Assembly (NCBI GenBank): GCA_965208575.1
Contig: CBDBOV010000006.1
Location: forward strand, 1,216,001-1,280,000
Source: Spirochaetia bacterium
GTDB taxonomy: Bacteria; Spirochaetota; Spirochaetia; SZUA-6; Bin103
DNA length: 64,000 nt
Direction: 5' to 3'
The stretch's first letter is position 1. Every line of letters begins with the position of its first letter. Positions 39,947 through 49,212 of the stretch are shown in pieces. The notes below the pieces were generated by a model, which saw only the letters and a list, made by a program, of their open reading frames with translations, was not told the DNA's origin and did no database searches. The position numbers and the translations under genes were made by a program.

Positions 39947-40201
39947 ACTAAACCGCGGGCCTATCTATGGGGCTTGGAATGCCGGTATCGCGTGCCGGCG
40001 GAGTGCTGAGCGTGGTGGGGAACGCCCAGGCTGACGAAGAAAGACCGGGAAGCGGTGATGTTGCCGTGCGATGCGGCGGCGGCGCGCGGTTGGCGGGCAG
40101 ATCTCGGGTTCCCGACGGGCACGGATGCGCTCGGGCAGCGACAAAAGGGCTGCCAGAGAGGCGAGTGCTGGAGTCGAGCCGACGGCGTGGTGGCGATTGC
40201 T

Positions 40202-41395
40202 TCATGCGGTGTCGGGTGGACCACGGCGAAGCGGCCGGTATTCCCAGGTGGTTTGGGAGCGGAATTCCTGGATACGCCGCATGGTTTGCTGACACGCAGG
40301 ACAGCGCTCGCCATCATCGGTGGAAGTTTCGAGAGCAGGTGCAGCAATCATTTCGTTGCCGGTGGTGCGCGCGATCAGGCGGCGGCACAGCGGCAGTTTC
40401 TCCTTGCGGGCACGATTGGCGAGAAATCCGTAGTGACGAATGCGGACGAAGCGGTCGGGCAGGACGTGCTGCAGGAAACGACGCAGAAATTCGACCGCAT
40501 CGAGTTGCATCATGCGGTGCCGGTGGCCACCAGCATAGTCCTGGTAGCGGAAGCGCACCGAGTCCGCGTCAGCCGCCGTGATCCTGCTGTTGGCGATGGC
40601 GACGCGATGGGTGTAGCGGGCGAGATATTTCAGCACCTGCTCGGGGCCGCCGAAGGGTGGCTTGCAATACACCACCCACTGCTTGGCGCGCAGTTGCTCG
40701 CAGAGTGCTCGGAAGCGACCGGGATCAGCCAACTCGGCAAGGGCACCGTGGAACTGGAGGCGGTCGGCAGCGAAGTGTTCCTGCAGCGCCGCCAGCATCT
40801 TGCCGCGAAACAGTTTCGAGAGAACCCGGACCGGGAGGAAGAAGCCGTTGCGGCAGGATATCCAGTCGGCGCCGTCGGGTGACAGCCCGCCGCCGGGGAT
40901 GACGCAGTGGAGATGGGGATGGTGCACGAGCGTCTGGCCCCAGGTGTGCAGCACAGCGATGAAGCCGATGTCGGCGCCCAGATGTTTGGGATCGGCGGCG
41001 ATGGTCTTGAGGGTAGCTGCGGTGGCAGCGAACAAAGCGCCGTAGATTGCGCGTTGGTTCTGCAGTGCCAGCGGCGCCAACTCGGCCGGCAGGGTGAAGA
41101 CGAGGTGGAAATAGGGCACCGGCAGCAGATCCTGGCAGCGATTCTCCAGCCAGGTGGCGCGCTGCTGCGCCTGGCACTTCGGACAGTGGCGATTGCGGCA
41201 GGAGTTGTACGACACGCGTACCTCGCCACAGGCATCGCAGGCATCGACGTGGCCGCCGAGCTTGGCGGTACGGCAGGCTGCGAGGTCGCGCATGACGCGC
41301 TGCTGGGCCTGCGACACCCGCAAGCCGGGCACGCGGCCATCGGCAGCTGCCAGGGTACGGATGACGTCGGCCACCTCGAAGGGCGGCTGGGGCAC
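40202..41395 (-). CDS. IS91-family (HUH, Y2) rolling-circle transposase
   Basis: Zn domain CRT...CDAC...NSCRNRHCPKC, HUH HPHLH, YLARYTHR. Confidence 0.94.
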   Translation of the reverse strand: MPQPPFEVADVIRTLAAADGRVPGLRVSQAQQRVMRDLAACRTAKLGGHVDACDACGEVRVSYNSCRNRHCPKCQAQQRATWLENRCQDLLPVPYFHLVFTLPAELAPLALQNQRAIYGALFAATAATLKTIAADPKHLGADIGFIAVLHTWGQTLVHHPHLHCVIPGGGLSPDGADWISCRNGFFLPVRVLSKLFRGKMLAALQEHFAADRLQFHGALAELADPGRFRALCEQLRAKQWVVYCKPPFGGPEQVLKYLARYTHRVAIANSRITAADADSVRFRYQDYAGGHRHRMMQLDAVEFLRRFLQHVLPDRFVRIRHYGFLANRARKEKLPLCRRLIARTTGNEMIAAPALETSTDDGERCPACQQTMRRIQEFRSQTTWEYRPLRRGPPDTA

Positions 41396-41402
41396 GGCTC
41401 GC

Positions 41403-41936
41403 TCAGCGCAGCGGCGGCAACGACTCCAGTGGGCTCTCGACCGCGGTGATGCGCTTGCGGGTGACGTGGGTGTAGATCACGGTACTCCTGATCGAGGCGT
41501 GCCCGAGCAGCGCCTGAACGGTGCGCAGATCGGTGCCGGATTCGAGCAGATGGGTGGCGAAACAGTGGCGCATGGTGTGCGGGGATACAGGCTTGCCGGC
41601 GACGACGTGGCGCACCTTGGCGATGGCCTGCGCCACCGCATCCCTGGTGACGTGGCGGTCGGGATAGGTCCTGCTGGGAAACAGCCAGGAGCGGGGCCGG
41701 TAGCGTTGGTAGTGGCAGCGCAAGTGGTGCAGCAGGGCCGGCGACAAGGTCACCAAACGATCCTTGCGGCCCTTGCCTTGCACGACATGCAGCAGCATCC
41801 GCTTGCTGTCGATGTCTGCGACCCTCAGGGAGACCGCCTCGGAAACGCGCAGCCCGGCCGCATACAGGGTCATGGCGATGACGCGGTTCTGCGGGTTGGT
41901 GATCGCTTCGAGTACGGCGCGCACCTGGTCCTGGCT
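41403..41936 (-). pseudogene. Tyrosine recombinase, catalytic C-terminal half (split by transposon)
   Basis: AGLRVSE, GKGRKDR, HTMRHCFATH, LLGHAS...IYTH; joins 45509-45820 as LPLVLS|QDQV. Confidence 0.92.
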
Positions 41937-41990
41937 TGTTGGGTCTCACGTAATTCTGCTGTTTTTTCGCACGGTAATCTGGACACCATA

Positions 41991-42305
41991 TTATTCTGCA
42001 CCGGGTTGCCGGTGGCCGCGGGCGAGATCTCCTGTCGGTGGTGCTGAGGGGTCCTCAGGAGATTGTCTCAGGAAGCCGAGAACGGCAGGATGTTTGAGAG
42101 AGAGTTCCTGTTCGACGAGAGTCAGCTTGACGGGTGAGTTCTGGAACACGGCGCGCAGCATGTCGGTGAAGTTGTGCAGCACCATGGCGCCCCAGATGTC
42201 ATCACGGAAATACACGAAGTAGGTGGCGCGACCGGCGAACGTCCTGGCGTAGGCGAAGTATTCGCGGTCGCTGCCGGCGATTTTTCTGATAGCGACGTTG
42301 ATCAC
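41991..42305 (-). CDS. Hypothetical protein, last gene of transposon
   Basis: 104-aa ORF 10 bp after ATPase stop, protein-like composition. Confidence 0.6.
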   Translation of the reverse strand: MINVAIRKIAGSDREYFAYARTFAGRATYFVYFRDDIWGAMVLHNFTDMLRAVFQNSPVKLTLVEQELSLKHPAVLGFLRQSPEDPSAPPTGDLARGHRQPGAE

Positions 42306-42314
42306 GGAACCGAC

Positions 42315-43145
42315 CTACAGAATCTCGGTGGCAGCGAGCCGGACATGCTCGGCGGCGACCACCGAGCAATGCTCGCGAGCGGCCGCCATGAGGGCGCCGC
42401 GGGCGAGATGATTGGCGCGCCGCAGGAGCCCGCCGGAGCCCTGATGGATGGCGACGGCGGCTTCGTCGCTGAGCAGGTCGGCGCTGCGCCGCGCTGTGGC
42501 GGACTGGGTGTCCCGCCCGGCGGCGAGCTGCAGATGGTGGTCGAGGTAGCCGCGCATGTCATCAAGGGAGAGAGCATCGAGGTGGCTGCGGCCCACGACC
42601 CGTGAGGCGAGCGGGCGCGAGGTATGGAACAACAGGCGGTCAAGCAGGCTGCTCTGGCCGGCCAGCACCATCGGCATCAAGGTCTGCGAATCGAAGGCGA
42701 ACTGAGTGAGAGTGTGGAGCTGTGCGAACACCTCGAAGCGGAGCAGATGTGCCTCGTCGACGACCAGCAACGGGGTCTGCTTCTTGCGCCTGATGTCGGT
42801 CAGCAGGTCGCGCACGGTGCGGCTGAGGACGGCCAGTGAGGAGCGCGGGGGGGTGCCCATCTCCAGGCAGATCTGGCGCAGCAGGTCGAGCAGCGTGCCG
42901 GTGGTGGCGATGACCGCCAGGAGACGGTATTCGGCGGGGTGCAGGGTGCTCGTGACATGGCGCAGGGAAGTGGATTTTCCCGCTCCCACCTCGCCGGTGA
43001 TGACGGTGATGAGGCCGAGCCCGAGGGCATACTGAAAGCGCTCGGTGAGCGCTTTCAGGCCCGGGATCGGGTACAGACCGTTGATCGGGACGTCCTGGGG
43101 GAACGGATCGCGTTGGAAACCGAAGGCATGTCTGAGGTCGATCAT
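42315..43145 (-). CDS. ExeA-like AAA ATPase (transposition helper)
   Basis: Walker A GEVGAGKS, Walker B VVDEAH, LAGQ; ATGA overlap with transposase. Confidence 0.9.
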   Translation of the reverse strand: MIDLRHAFGFQRDPFPQDVPINGLYPIPGLKALTERFQYALGLGLITVITGEVGAGKSTSLRHVTSTLHPAEYRLLAVIATTGTLLDLLRQICLEMGTPPRSSLAVLSRTVRDLLTDIRRKKQTPLLVVDEAHLLRFEVFAQLHTLTQFAFDSQTLMPMVLAGQSSLLDRLLFHTSRPLASRVVGRSHLDALSLDDMRGYLDHHLQLAAGRDTQSATARRSADLLSDEAAVAIHQGSGGLLRRANHLARGALMAAAREHCSVVAAEHVRLAATEIL

Positions 43146-44458
43146 CGGTCGGACTCCTCGAACAGCTGGCCGCCGCGGGGGCCGGGCTGGGGGTCATCAG
43201 CGGGCGGCTCCGGCGCCGGCTCGAGCTCGGTCTCATGGCCGCTGATGCGGCGCACGCGGCTGTTGACGTGGGGGTTCAACTCACTGAGGAAGCCGTAAGA
43301 GCGATCTTCGAAGAACACCTCGATGCGGGACGGATCAGCCTCATGATAGAGCAGGTTGACGGTGTTCCCGATGAGCCCCACCGGCGCTTCGTAGAGCTTG
43401 CCGTAGAGGGCGACGGCACGATCCTTGTCGACCTTGCGGCGCACCATGGTGCGGAAGTGGTCACGCACATTCTGGGGCGCAGGCCGCAGCAGTTCCAGGT
43501 GGCGCAGATAGCGCTGCAGGGGCTGCTCCCCGGTGCTGGAGTGAAGCCGCTGATGGTAGCTGTGGTCGAGCCACTCGGCAAGCTGGGCGTTGAGCTGCTC
43601 GAGGGTATCGTGATCGCTGACCAGAGGCAGCATCTGGGTGCGTATGGTGCGGAAATAGCGCTCGATTTTACCCTTTCCCTGGGGCGTGTATGGGGTCGCG
43701 AAGAGGAGCGCTATGCCCAGCGATGCACAGGCGTAACTGAGTCGTTGGGAGCGAAAGCTGGGGCCGTTATCGACATACAGTTTGCGTGGCAGACCGCGCG
43801 TTTCGAGCGCCCGCAGCAGGCAGTCCTGGAAACAGTCGATGTTTTCACGCAGATAGAAGCGGGCGCCGGTGATGAGCCGCGAGTGATCATCGATGCAGGC
43901 GAACAGAAACGTCTTGCGCAGCTTGCCGTCGCTTTTCACGCGCGGGCCGTGCATGCAATCCGCTTGCCACAAGTCGTTCGGCAGTTCCGCTTCGAAGCGC
44001 CGCCGGTCCTGCGTCGCGGGCCGCTGCCGGTGCAGACCATGGCGCCGGAACAATCGGTAGATGCTTTGCCGTGAGGCTGCGAAGTCGGGCGGCAGGAGAT
44101 TGCGGCGGCGCGCCACCTGCAGCACCACTGACAACGACGCCTGTGCCAGTTCACGCCGGAGATTGACCAGTGCCAACTCGGTCTCGGGATCGATGCTGCG
44201 CCCCACGCCGGCGTCCGCGCGGTCCTTCGGGAACAGGCTCTCCAGTTTCTTGCCGCTGTGCTCGTAACGCCGCAGCCAGTCGCGGATCGTCGACCGGCTG
44301 ATCGAACTGCGCAGCGAGAATGGGATCTTCCATTCCTGCTCCGCCAGGTCCTTGATGCGCGCCTCGCGCTTGCCCTGGTCGAGCTTCGCATACCCGATCA
44401 GGCCGGCGATCACACCGAACCGGAACAACGCGATCCGCTTTTTCTTCTCTTCCTCCAT
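43142..44458 (-). CDS. IS481/Mu-like DDE transposase (rve + Mu C-terminal domain)
   Basis: IALFRFGVIA, WQADCMHG, IDDHSR, LYVDNG, KGKIERYF; GGAGG before ATG 44458. Confidence 0.92.
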   Translation of the reverse strand: MEEEKKKRIALFRFGVIAGLIGYAKLDQGKREARIKDLAEQEWKIPFSLRSSISRSTIRDWLRRYEHSGKKLESLFPKDRADAGVGRSIDPETELALVNLRRELAQASLSVVLQVARRRNLLPPDFAASRQSIYRLFRRHGLHRQRPATQDRRRFEAELPNDLWQADCMHGPRVKSDGKLRKTFLFACIDDHSRLITGARFYLRENIDCFQDCLLRALETRGLPRKLYVDNGPSFRSQRLSYACASLGIALLFATPYTPQGKGKIERYFRTIRTQMLPLVSDHDTLEQLNAQLAEWLDHSYHQRLHSSTGEQPLQRYLRHLELLRPAPQNVRDHFRTMVRRKVDKDRAVALYGKLYEAPVGLIGNTVNLLYHEADPSRIEVFFEDRSYGFLSELNPHVNSRVRRISGHETELEPAPEPPADDPQPGPRGGQLFEESDR

Positions 44459-44739
44459 GATCGAGGAACCTCCTGGGGTGTTGGTGGCATCAATTTGCTC
44501 CCCATTGGTTCGCCGATCACCGCAAAGATCCGGTAGGCTTGGGGTCACCCAGGCGCCAGTTCGCGTTATTTTCTCCGCTCCGATCATGATCAGCCGCGCC
44601 ACCAGCGCCCTGCCCGCAGCGTCGCCCGGACAGCCACCCAAGCGCCAAAGGCGCTCGCCAGCACCGCGGCGGCGTCCTCCTGCACTGCTCACCAGCCACT
44701 TGCCCGGTCTGAGCCGGCACCCCGCGACCAGCACCGTGC

Positions 44740-45351
44740 TCATCGTGCCCCGTGACTGGGTGTCGGCTCATTCCCTGGCTCCTTCAGGGCGCTGTCTGCT
44801 GTGCTCCCGACGCCATCAAGGTGTCCCGCAAAGCCCACCACCGGCACCGCCAGCACCAACTCGGGGGCGGCATCCACTCGCCGTATCTGGCGGTAGCTCA
44901 CCGAATGCGTACTGACGATGATCAACCGCACCACCAGCGCCTTCAGCGCACTGGCCGCAACCTGGCCCGGCCGGCTCACCGCGGTCACCCCCTCCAGCAA
45001 CAACTGCCGGCGCAACCCCTGGCGCCAGTACTGCTGCCGCTGTCGGCTCACCCGCGCGATCCAGCGACCACCCTTCAGCTTGCCCAGCAGGGCTACCAGA
45101 ATCACTCGCCACGGCGCCCAGAACCCGCGGTAGTGGCTGTCCGGTCGCAGCGTGTACACGGTCCCGCAGTCCGGACACCGGTAGCGCTTCATCCACAGCG
45201 GCTCGCCGCAGCCATCGAAGCACCGTCCGACATAGCCATGGCCCCACGGCCGCCTCCGACCGCACTCCAGGCAGCGCTCCGGCCGCGGCCACCGATACTC
45301 CTTGCCCTGTTCCTGAAGTCTCTTGAAATCAACCGCCAGATGGAGTACCAA
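44740..45351 (-). CDS. Transposon-associated Zn-ribbon protein (DUF6431-like)
   Basis: CLEC...WGHGYV.R...RYRCPDCG.VYTLRP. Confidence 0.75.
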   Translation of the reverse strand: MVLHLAVDFKRLQEQGKEYRWPRPERCLECGRRRPWGHGYVGRCFDGCGEPLWMKRYRCPDCGTVYTLRPDSHYRGFWAPWRVILVALLGKLKGGRWIARVSRQRQQYWRQGLRRQLLLEGVTAVSRPGQVAASALKALVVRLIIVSTHSVSYRQIRRVDAAPELVLAVPVVGFAGHLDGVGSTADSALKEPGNEPTPSHGAR

Positions 45352-45508
45352 TCGGCTGTCCTTAGTTCAGGGTAGCTGTCCGGTTCTCATCACCTGGGGC
45401 AGCTACCCTGTTTTTCTGGTCAGTTTACCTCGACTCTCCCGTCCTCCACTCCAGTCGATCGTGAGACGTCCGCCCCCATTCCGCTCAGATCAATCTGAGA
45501 GCCGACAC

Positions 45509-45820
45509 GCTCAACACCAGCGGCAGCTTCTTGGGCTGCTTGGCGAACGGGATGGACTCGATGTGCCAGTCCTTGCCGAGGGTCTTGAGGTACAGGAAGC
45601 GGAGCGCGCAGACCGCCTGATTGAAGCTGCCCCAGCCCAGATTTCGCTCCTGCACCAAGTGCAGTTGATAGACCCGTATGTCGTCGAGCCCGAGAAGTTC
45701 CGGAGAGCGGTTGAAGTAGCGAGCAAACAACGCGACCTGGCGGACGTAGTATTCGATGGTGTGCGGCGACAGGTTGCGCACCTGCATGTCTTCGATCATT
45801 CTCTGGCGCAGTGGTGTCAT
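45509..45820 (-). pseudogene. Tyrosine recombinase N-terminal (SAM-like) half
   Basis: MTPLRQRMIEDMQVRNLSPHT...ALRFLY...KKLPLVLS; GAGGAG RBS. Confidence 0.92.
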
Positions 45821-45987
45821 GATGGACTCCTCCTCGTGTCGAGACACGTGGACCATCAGCCCCCGGGGCGGCGCTTCGCTCCGGGGGCAACCACCTGTCT
45901 CCCGGTTAGTAGCGTTCAGACACCATATGAGCGTTGCGTTTGGAAAGGGGCTCCCGCATCGCGACGGCAGGCGCCCCTACCGCGGAG

Positions 45988-46035
45988 CGGTTTAGTTCAA
46001 CGCATTTTATGTGAAGTGCGGGATTATGTGAAGTG
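45988..46035 (+). other. Upstream terminus of integrase/IS91 unit: CGGTTTAGTTCAA plus two TTATGTGAAGTG boxes
   Basis: 13-mer identical to 48613-48625; 12-bp direct repeats at 46007 and 46024 resemble Xer-type binding arms. Confidence 0.7.
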
Positions 46036-46356
46036 ATTCAACTTAAATCATGGTATACAGGTAATTTGTATCGACGATCGCTTCGCATTATCCCAAGTCC
46101 AGGAGCATGGCGATGAGAGTGTCGGGTGACGTGGACCCGATAGGTTGGACAGTGGATGGGATATTGTAGAGTGCATCTCGTTCGTTGTCAACCCACCCTC
46201 CTGGTCGAGATGATCAGGCGGCGGTAATGGGGGTGGGGTCCGGGGAGGGGGTGAGCGAGCCTGTGGATATGTGGATACTTCGTCCCCACTGCTCGCGCTC
46301 CCGTTGGTCCTCGGATGCCCTTGCACCCCATGCCAACCGCCTGCCGTTCCTGTTCG

Positions 46357-47193
46357 CTACGCCACCTCCTGCTGTTGTTCCGCCACCCCGTCGCGGTACG
46401 CTTCCGCGGGCGTACGCCCGCCGAGCGCCGAGTGTGGTCGGGTCTCGTTGTAGAATGCCATCCACCCGTCGATCACCCGCTGCGCCTCGAAGCCATCCTC
46501 CAAATCGTGCAGGTATACCGACTCGTACTTCAGCGAGCGCCACAACCGTTCGATGAATACGTTATCCAGACAACGACCGCGCCCGTCCATCGAGCACCGT
46601 ATCCCGGTCGCCTCCAACTGGCCGGTGAACGCGATGCTGGTGAACTGGCTGCCCTGATCGGTGTTGAAGATCTCGGGAATGCCGAAGTCTTCCAGAGCGT
46701 CCGCCAACGCCTCCAGGCAGAAGGAGGTGTCCATCGTGTTGGACAGCCGCCAGGCCAACACCCGCCGGCTCGCCCAGTCCATGATCGCCACCAGGTACAG
46801 AAATCCTCCCTGCACCGGGATGTAGGTCAGGTCCGCGCACCACACCTGGTTCGGGCGCTCAATCGTAAGCCCTCGCAGCAGATACGGATACACCCGATGG
46901 TCCGGGTGCGCGACGCTGGTGCGTGGCTTGCGGTAGATCGCCTCCAGCCCCAACAGCCGCATCAGCCGCCGCACCCGGTGCCGACCGACCCGCTTTCCCT
47001 CGCGTGCCAGATGGCGCATCATCTGCCGGCTGCCGTAGAACGGACATTCCAGATAAAGTTCGTCGATGCGGCGCATCAACGCGAGCGTGTCAGCGCTCTC
47101 GCCCACCGCTCGGTAGTACAGCGTCGACCGGTTCAGCCCGATCAGGCGGCACTGCCGGCTGATGCTCAGACCCTCGTGCTCGCGGTCGATCAT
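46357..47193 (-). CDS. IS3 transposase OrfB
   Basis: WCADLTYI, FNTDQGSQF, DNVFIERLWRSLKYE. Confidence 0.94.
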   Translation of the reverse strand: MIDREHEGLSISRQCRLIGLNRSTLYYRAVGESADTLALMRRIDELYLECPFYGSRQMMRHLAREGKRVGRHRVRRLMRLLGLEAIYRKPRTSVAHPDHRVYPYLLRGLTIERPNQVWCADLTYIPVQGGFLYLVAIMDWASRRVLAWRLSNTMDTSFCLEALADALEDFGIPEIFNTDQGSQFTSIAFTGQLEATGIRCSMDGRGRCLDNVFIERLWRSLKYESVYLHDLEDGFEAQRVIDGWMAFYNETRPHSALGGRTPAEAYRDGVAEQQQEVA

Positions 47194-47213
47194 CTCTCGT
47201 CGCTCGGCCCGGC

Positions 47214-47498
47214 TCAGCGCCCGAGCCCGCGTGCTAAAAAATCGCGCTCCACGGTCAACTCCCCGATCTTGGCATGCAGGTCGTGAATGGTCTCATCGTG
47301 CTCCTTCTGCCGCCGGCTCCGGCCGTCGGCGAACAGGTCCCGCAGACCGGTCTGAGCCTGCCGCTTCCAACTGCTGATCTGGTTCGGATGTATTTCGTGC
47401 TTGGCCGCGATCGCCTGGATCGTACGGTCTCCCCGCAGCGCCTCAATCACTACCTTCGCCTTGAACTCCGCTGTGAACCGACGCCTCTTCGTCGCCAT
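47214..47498 (-). CDS. IS3 transposase OrfA
   Basis: RRRFTAEFKAKV HTH, KIGELTVERDFL with T6 slippery tract. Confidence 0.93.
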   Translation of the reverse strand: MATKRRRFTAEFKAKVVIEALRGDRTIQAIAAKHEIHPNQISSWKRQAQTGLRDLFADGRSRRQKEHDETIHDLHAKIGELTVERDFLARGLGR

Positions 47499-47565
47499 CT
47501 TGCTGGCCCTCCTCGTGGCCTTGGATACACTCTACCATACCGTCCGTTTTTCCGGGACCAGCTCA

Positions 47566-48366
47566 ATCGCCGCCGATCCCAAACATCTGGGCGCCGACAT
47601 CGGCTTCATCGCTGTGCTGCACACCTGGGGCCAGACGCTCGTGCACCATCCCCATCTCCACTGCGTCATCCCCGGCGGCGGGCTGTCACCCGACGGCGCC
47701 GACTGGATATCCTGCCGCAACGGCTTCTTCCTCCCGGTCCGGGTTCTCTCGAAACTGTTTCGCGGCAAGATGCTGGCGGCGCTGCAGGAACACTTCGCTG
47801 CCGACCGCCTCCAGTTCCACGGTGCCCTTGCCGAGTTGGCTGATCCCGGTCGCTTCCGAGCACTCTGCGAGCAACTGCGCGCCAAGCAGTGGGTGGTGTA
47901 TTGCAAGCCACCCTTCGGCGGCCCCGAGCAGGTGCTGAAATATCTCGCCCGCTACACCCATCGCGTCGCCATCGCCAACAGCAGGATCACGGCGGCTGAC
48001 GCGGACTCGGTGCGCTTCCGCTACCAGGACTATGCTGGTGGCCACCGGCACCGCATGATGCAACTCGATGCGGTCGAATTTCTGCGTCGTTTCCTGCAGC
48101 ACGTCCTGCCCGACCGCTTCGTCCGCATTCGTCACTACGGATTTCTCGCCAATCGTGCCCGCAAGGAGAAACTGCCGCTGTGCCGCCGCCTGATCGCGCG
48201 CACCACCGGCAACGAAATGATTGCTGCACCTGCTCTCGAAACTTCCACCGATGATGGCGAGCGCTGTCCTGCGTGTCAGCAAACCATGCGGCGTATCCAG
48301 GAATTCCGCTCCCAAACCACCTGGGAATACCGGCCGCTTCGCCGTGGTCCACCCGACACCGCATGA
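47566..48366 (+). pseudogene. 5'-truncated second copy of IS91 transposase
   Basis: Translation identical to C-terminal part of 40202-41395; begins exactly at IS3 end. Confidence 0.93.
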
Positions 48367-48631
48367 AGCAATCGCCACCACGCCGTCGGCTCGACTCCAG
48401 CACTCGCCTCTCTGGCAGCCCTTTTGTCGCTGCCCGAGCGCATCCGTGCCCGTCGGGAACCCGAGATCTGCCCGCCAACCGCGCGCCGCCGCCGCATCGC
48501 ACGGCAACATCACCGCTTCCCGGTCTTTCTTCGTCAGCCTGGGCGTTCCCCACCACGCTCAGCACTCCGCCGGCACGCGATACCGGCATTCCAAGCCCCA
48601 TAGATAGGCCCGCGGTTTAGTTCAATCAACC

Positions 48632-48700
48632 CTATCCGAACTGTGCCCGGCGACGCCGGCTATGGCTAGCGCACGCTGCTCTCGGGCACAGCTCGGATAG
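48632..48700 (+). other. Terminal hairpin of IS91 unit (oriIS-like)
   Basis: CTATCCGAACTGTGCCCG / CGGGCACAGCTCGGATAG, 17 of 18 complementary; mirrored near 37885-37953. Confidence 0.7.
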
Positions 48701-48731
48701 ACTCCTTCTCATTATGCGAAGCTTCACATAA

Positions 48732-48872
48732 CGCGTTCGTTGCGGAGCTCACCACAGGTTGCGCCACGCTCAGCGCCATGCTTACGCCGAGAGTGTGCCG
48801 TCGACGATCCACGATCGCGTGCACGACCGGGTGGGCGCCGTCGAACGTGATCATGTCAGGGCGCGCCTCTGA
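48732..48872 (+). pseudogene. HNH endonuclease fragment 3 (C-terminus)
   Basis: RVRCGAHHRLRHAQRH...RARL-stop completes the HNH motif. Confidence 0.82.
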
Positions 48873-49212
48873 AGCCCGGCGTGCTCCGGTGTTCGCGGTC
48901 GATCCCGGGAACGCGGGCGGACCGTCGGATTGCATGCGGTTATCAAGCGAGCCGGGGCGTGATCGCGCCATCATGGAACCTGCGCTCCCGACTACCGGCG
49001 CCGGCGGGTCGTTCACCGCTCCTACCGCTACCGTCGCCGCGGTCGAAGCCGCGCACGATCGCGCCGCCAATCCAGTTCGCCAGTCTCCGGTCGTTCACTT
49101 CCGCGCCATTGAGCGGGTAGACCTCGCTGCAAAGTTGTCCATGCCGCTCTCCCCGCTCTCCCCGCTCGTGTACCGCGTGTGCCCCGCGCCGCCCACGCCG
49201 TCGCTTGCGTGG

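Larger units (their letters stand above)
41937..45507 (-). mobile_element. Four-gene TGT...ACA transposon (Zn-ribbon protein, IS481/Mu-like DDE transposase, ExeA-like AAA ATPase, small ORF)
   Basis: TIR TGTTGGGTCTCA / TGTCGGCTCTCA; GCT present on both flanks; interrupts integrase. Confidence 0.87.
46127..47565 (-). mobile_element. IS3-family insertion sequence, no TSD
   Basis: TG...CA ends; TIR TGACGTGGACCCG..GGAC / TGAGCTGGTCCCG..GGAC; orfA/orfB. Confidence 0.9.
37874..48731. mobile_element. Composite insertion bounded by two inverted tyrosine-recombinase/IS91 units; no target duplication
   Basis: Deleting it restores AAC TTG|CGC GTT CGT TGC (NL|RVRC) of the HNH motif; 1146-bp inverted repeat (37874-37969 + 39953-41002 vs 47566-48711). 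Confidence 0.85.

Noticed and set aside
46007-46035. Chromosomal dif site
   Set aside because: Boxes are direct repeats tied to a mobile-element end, not an inverted XerC/XerD pair around a 6-bp spacer.
47401-48366. IS3-IS91 fusion protein
   Set aside because: The N-terminus is antisense IS3 sequence; the IS91 part lacks its Zn-binding domain.
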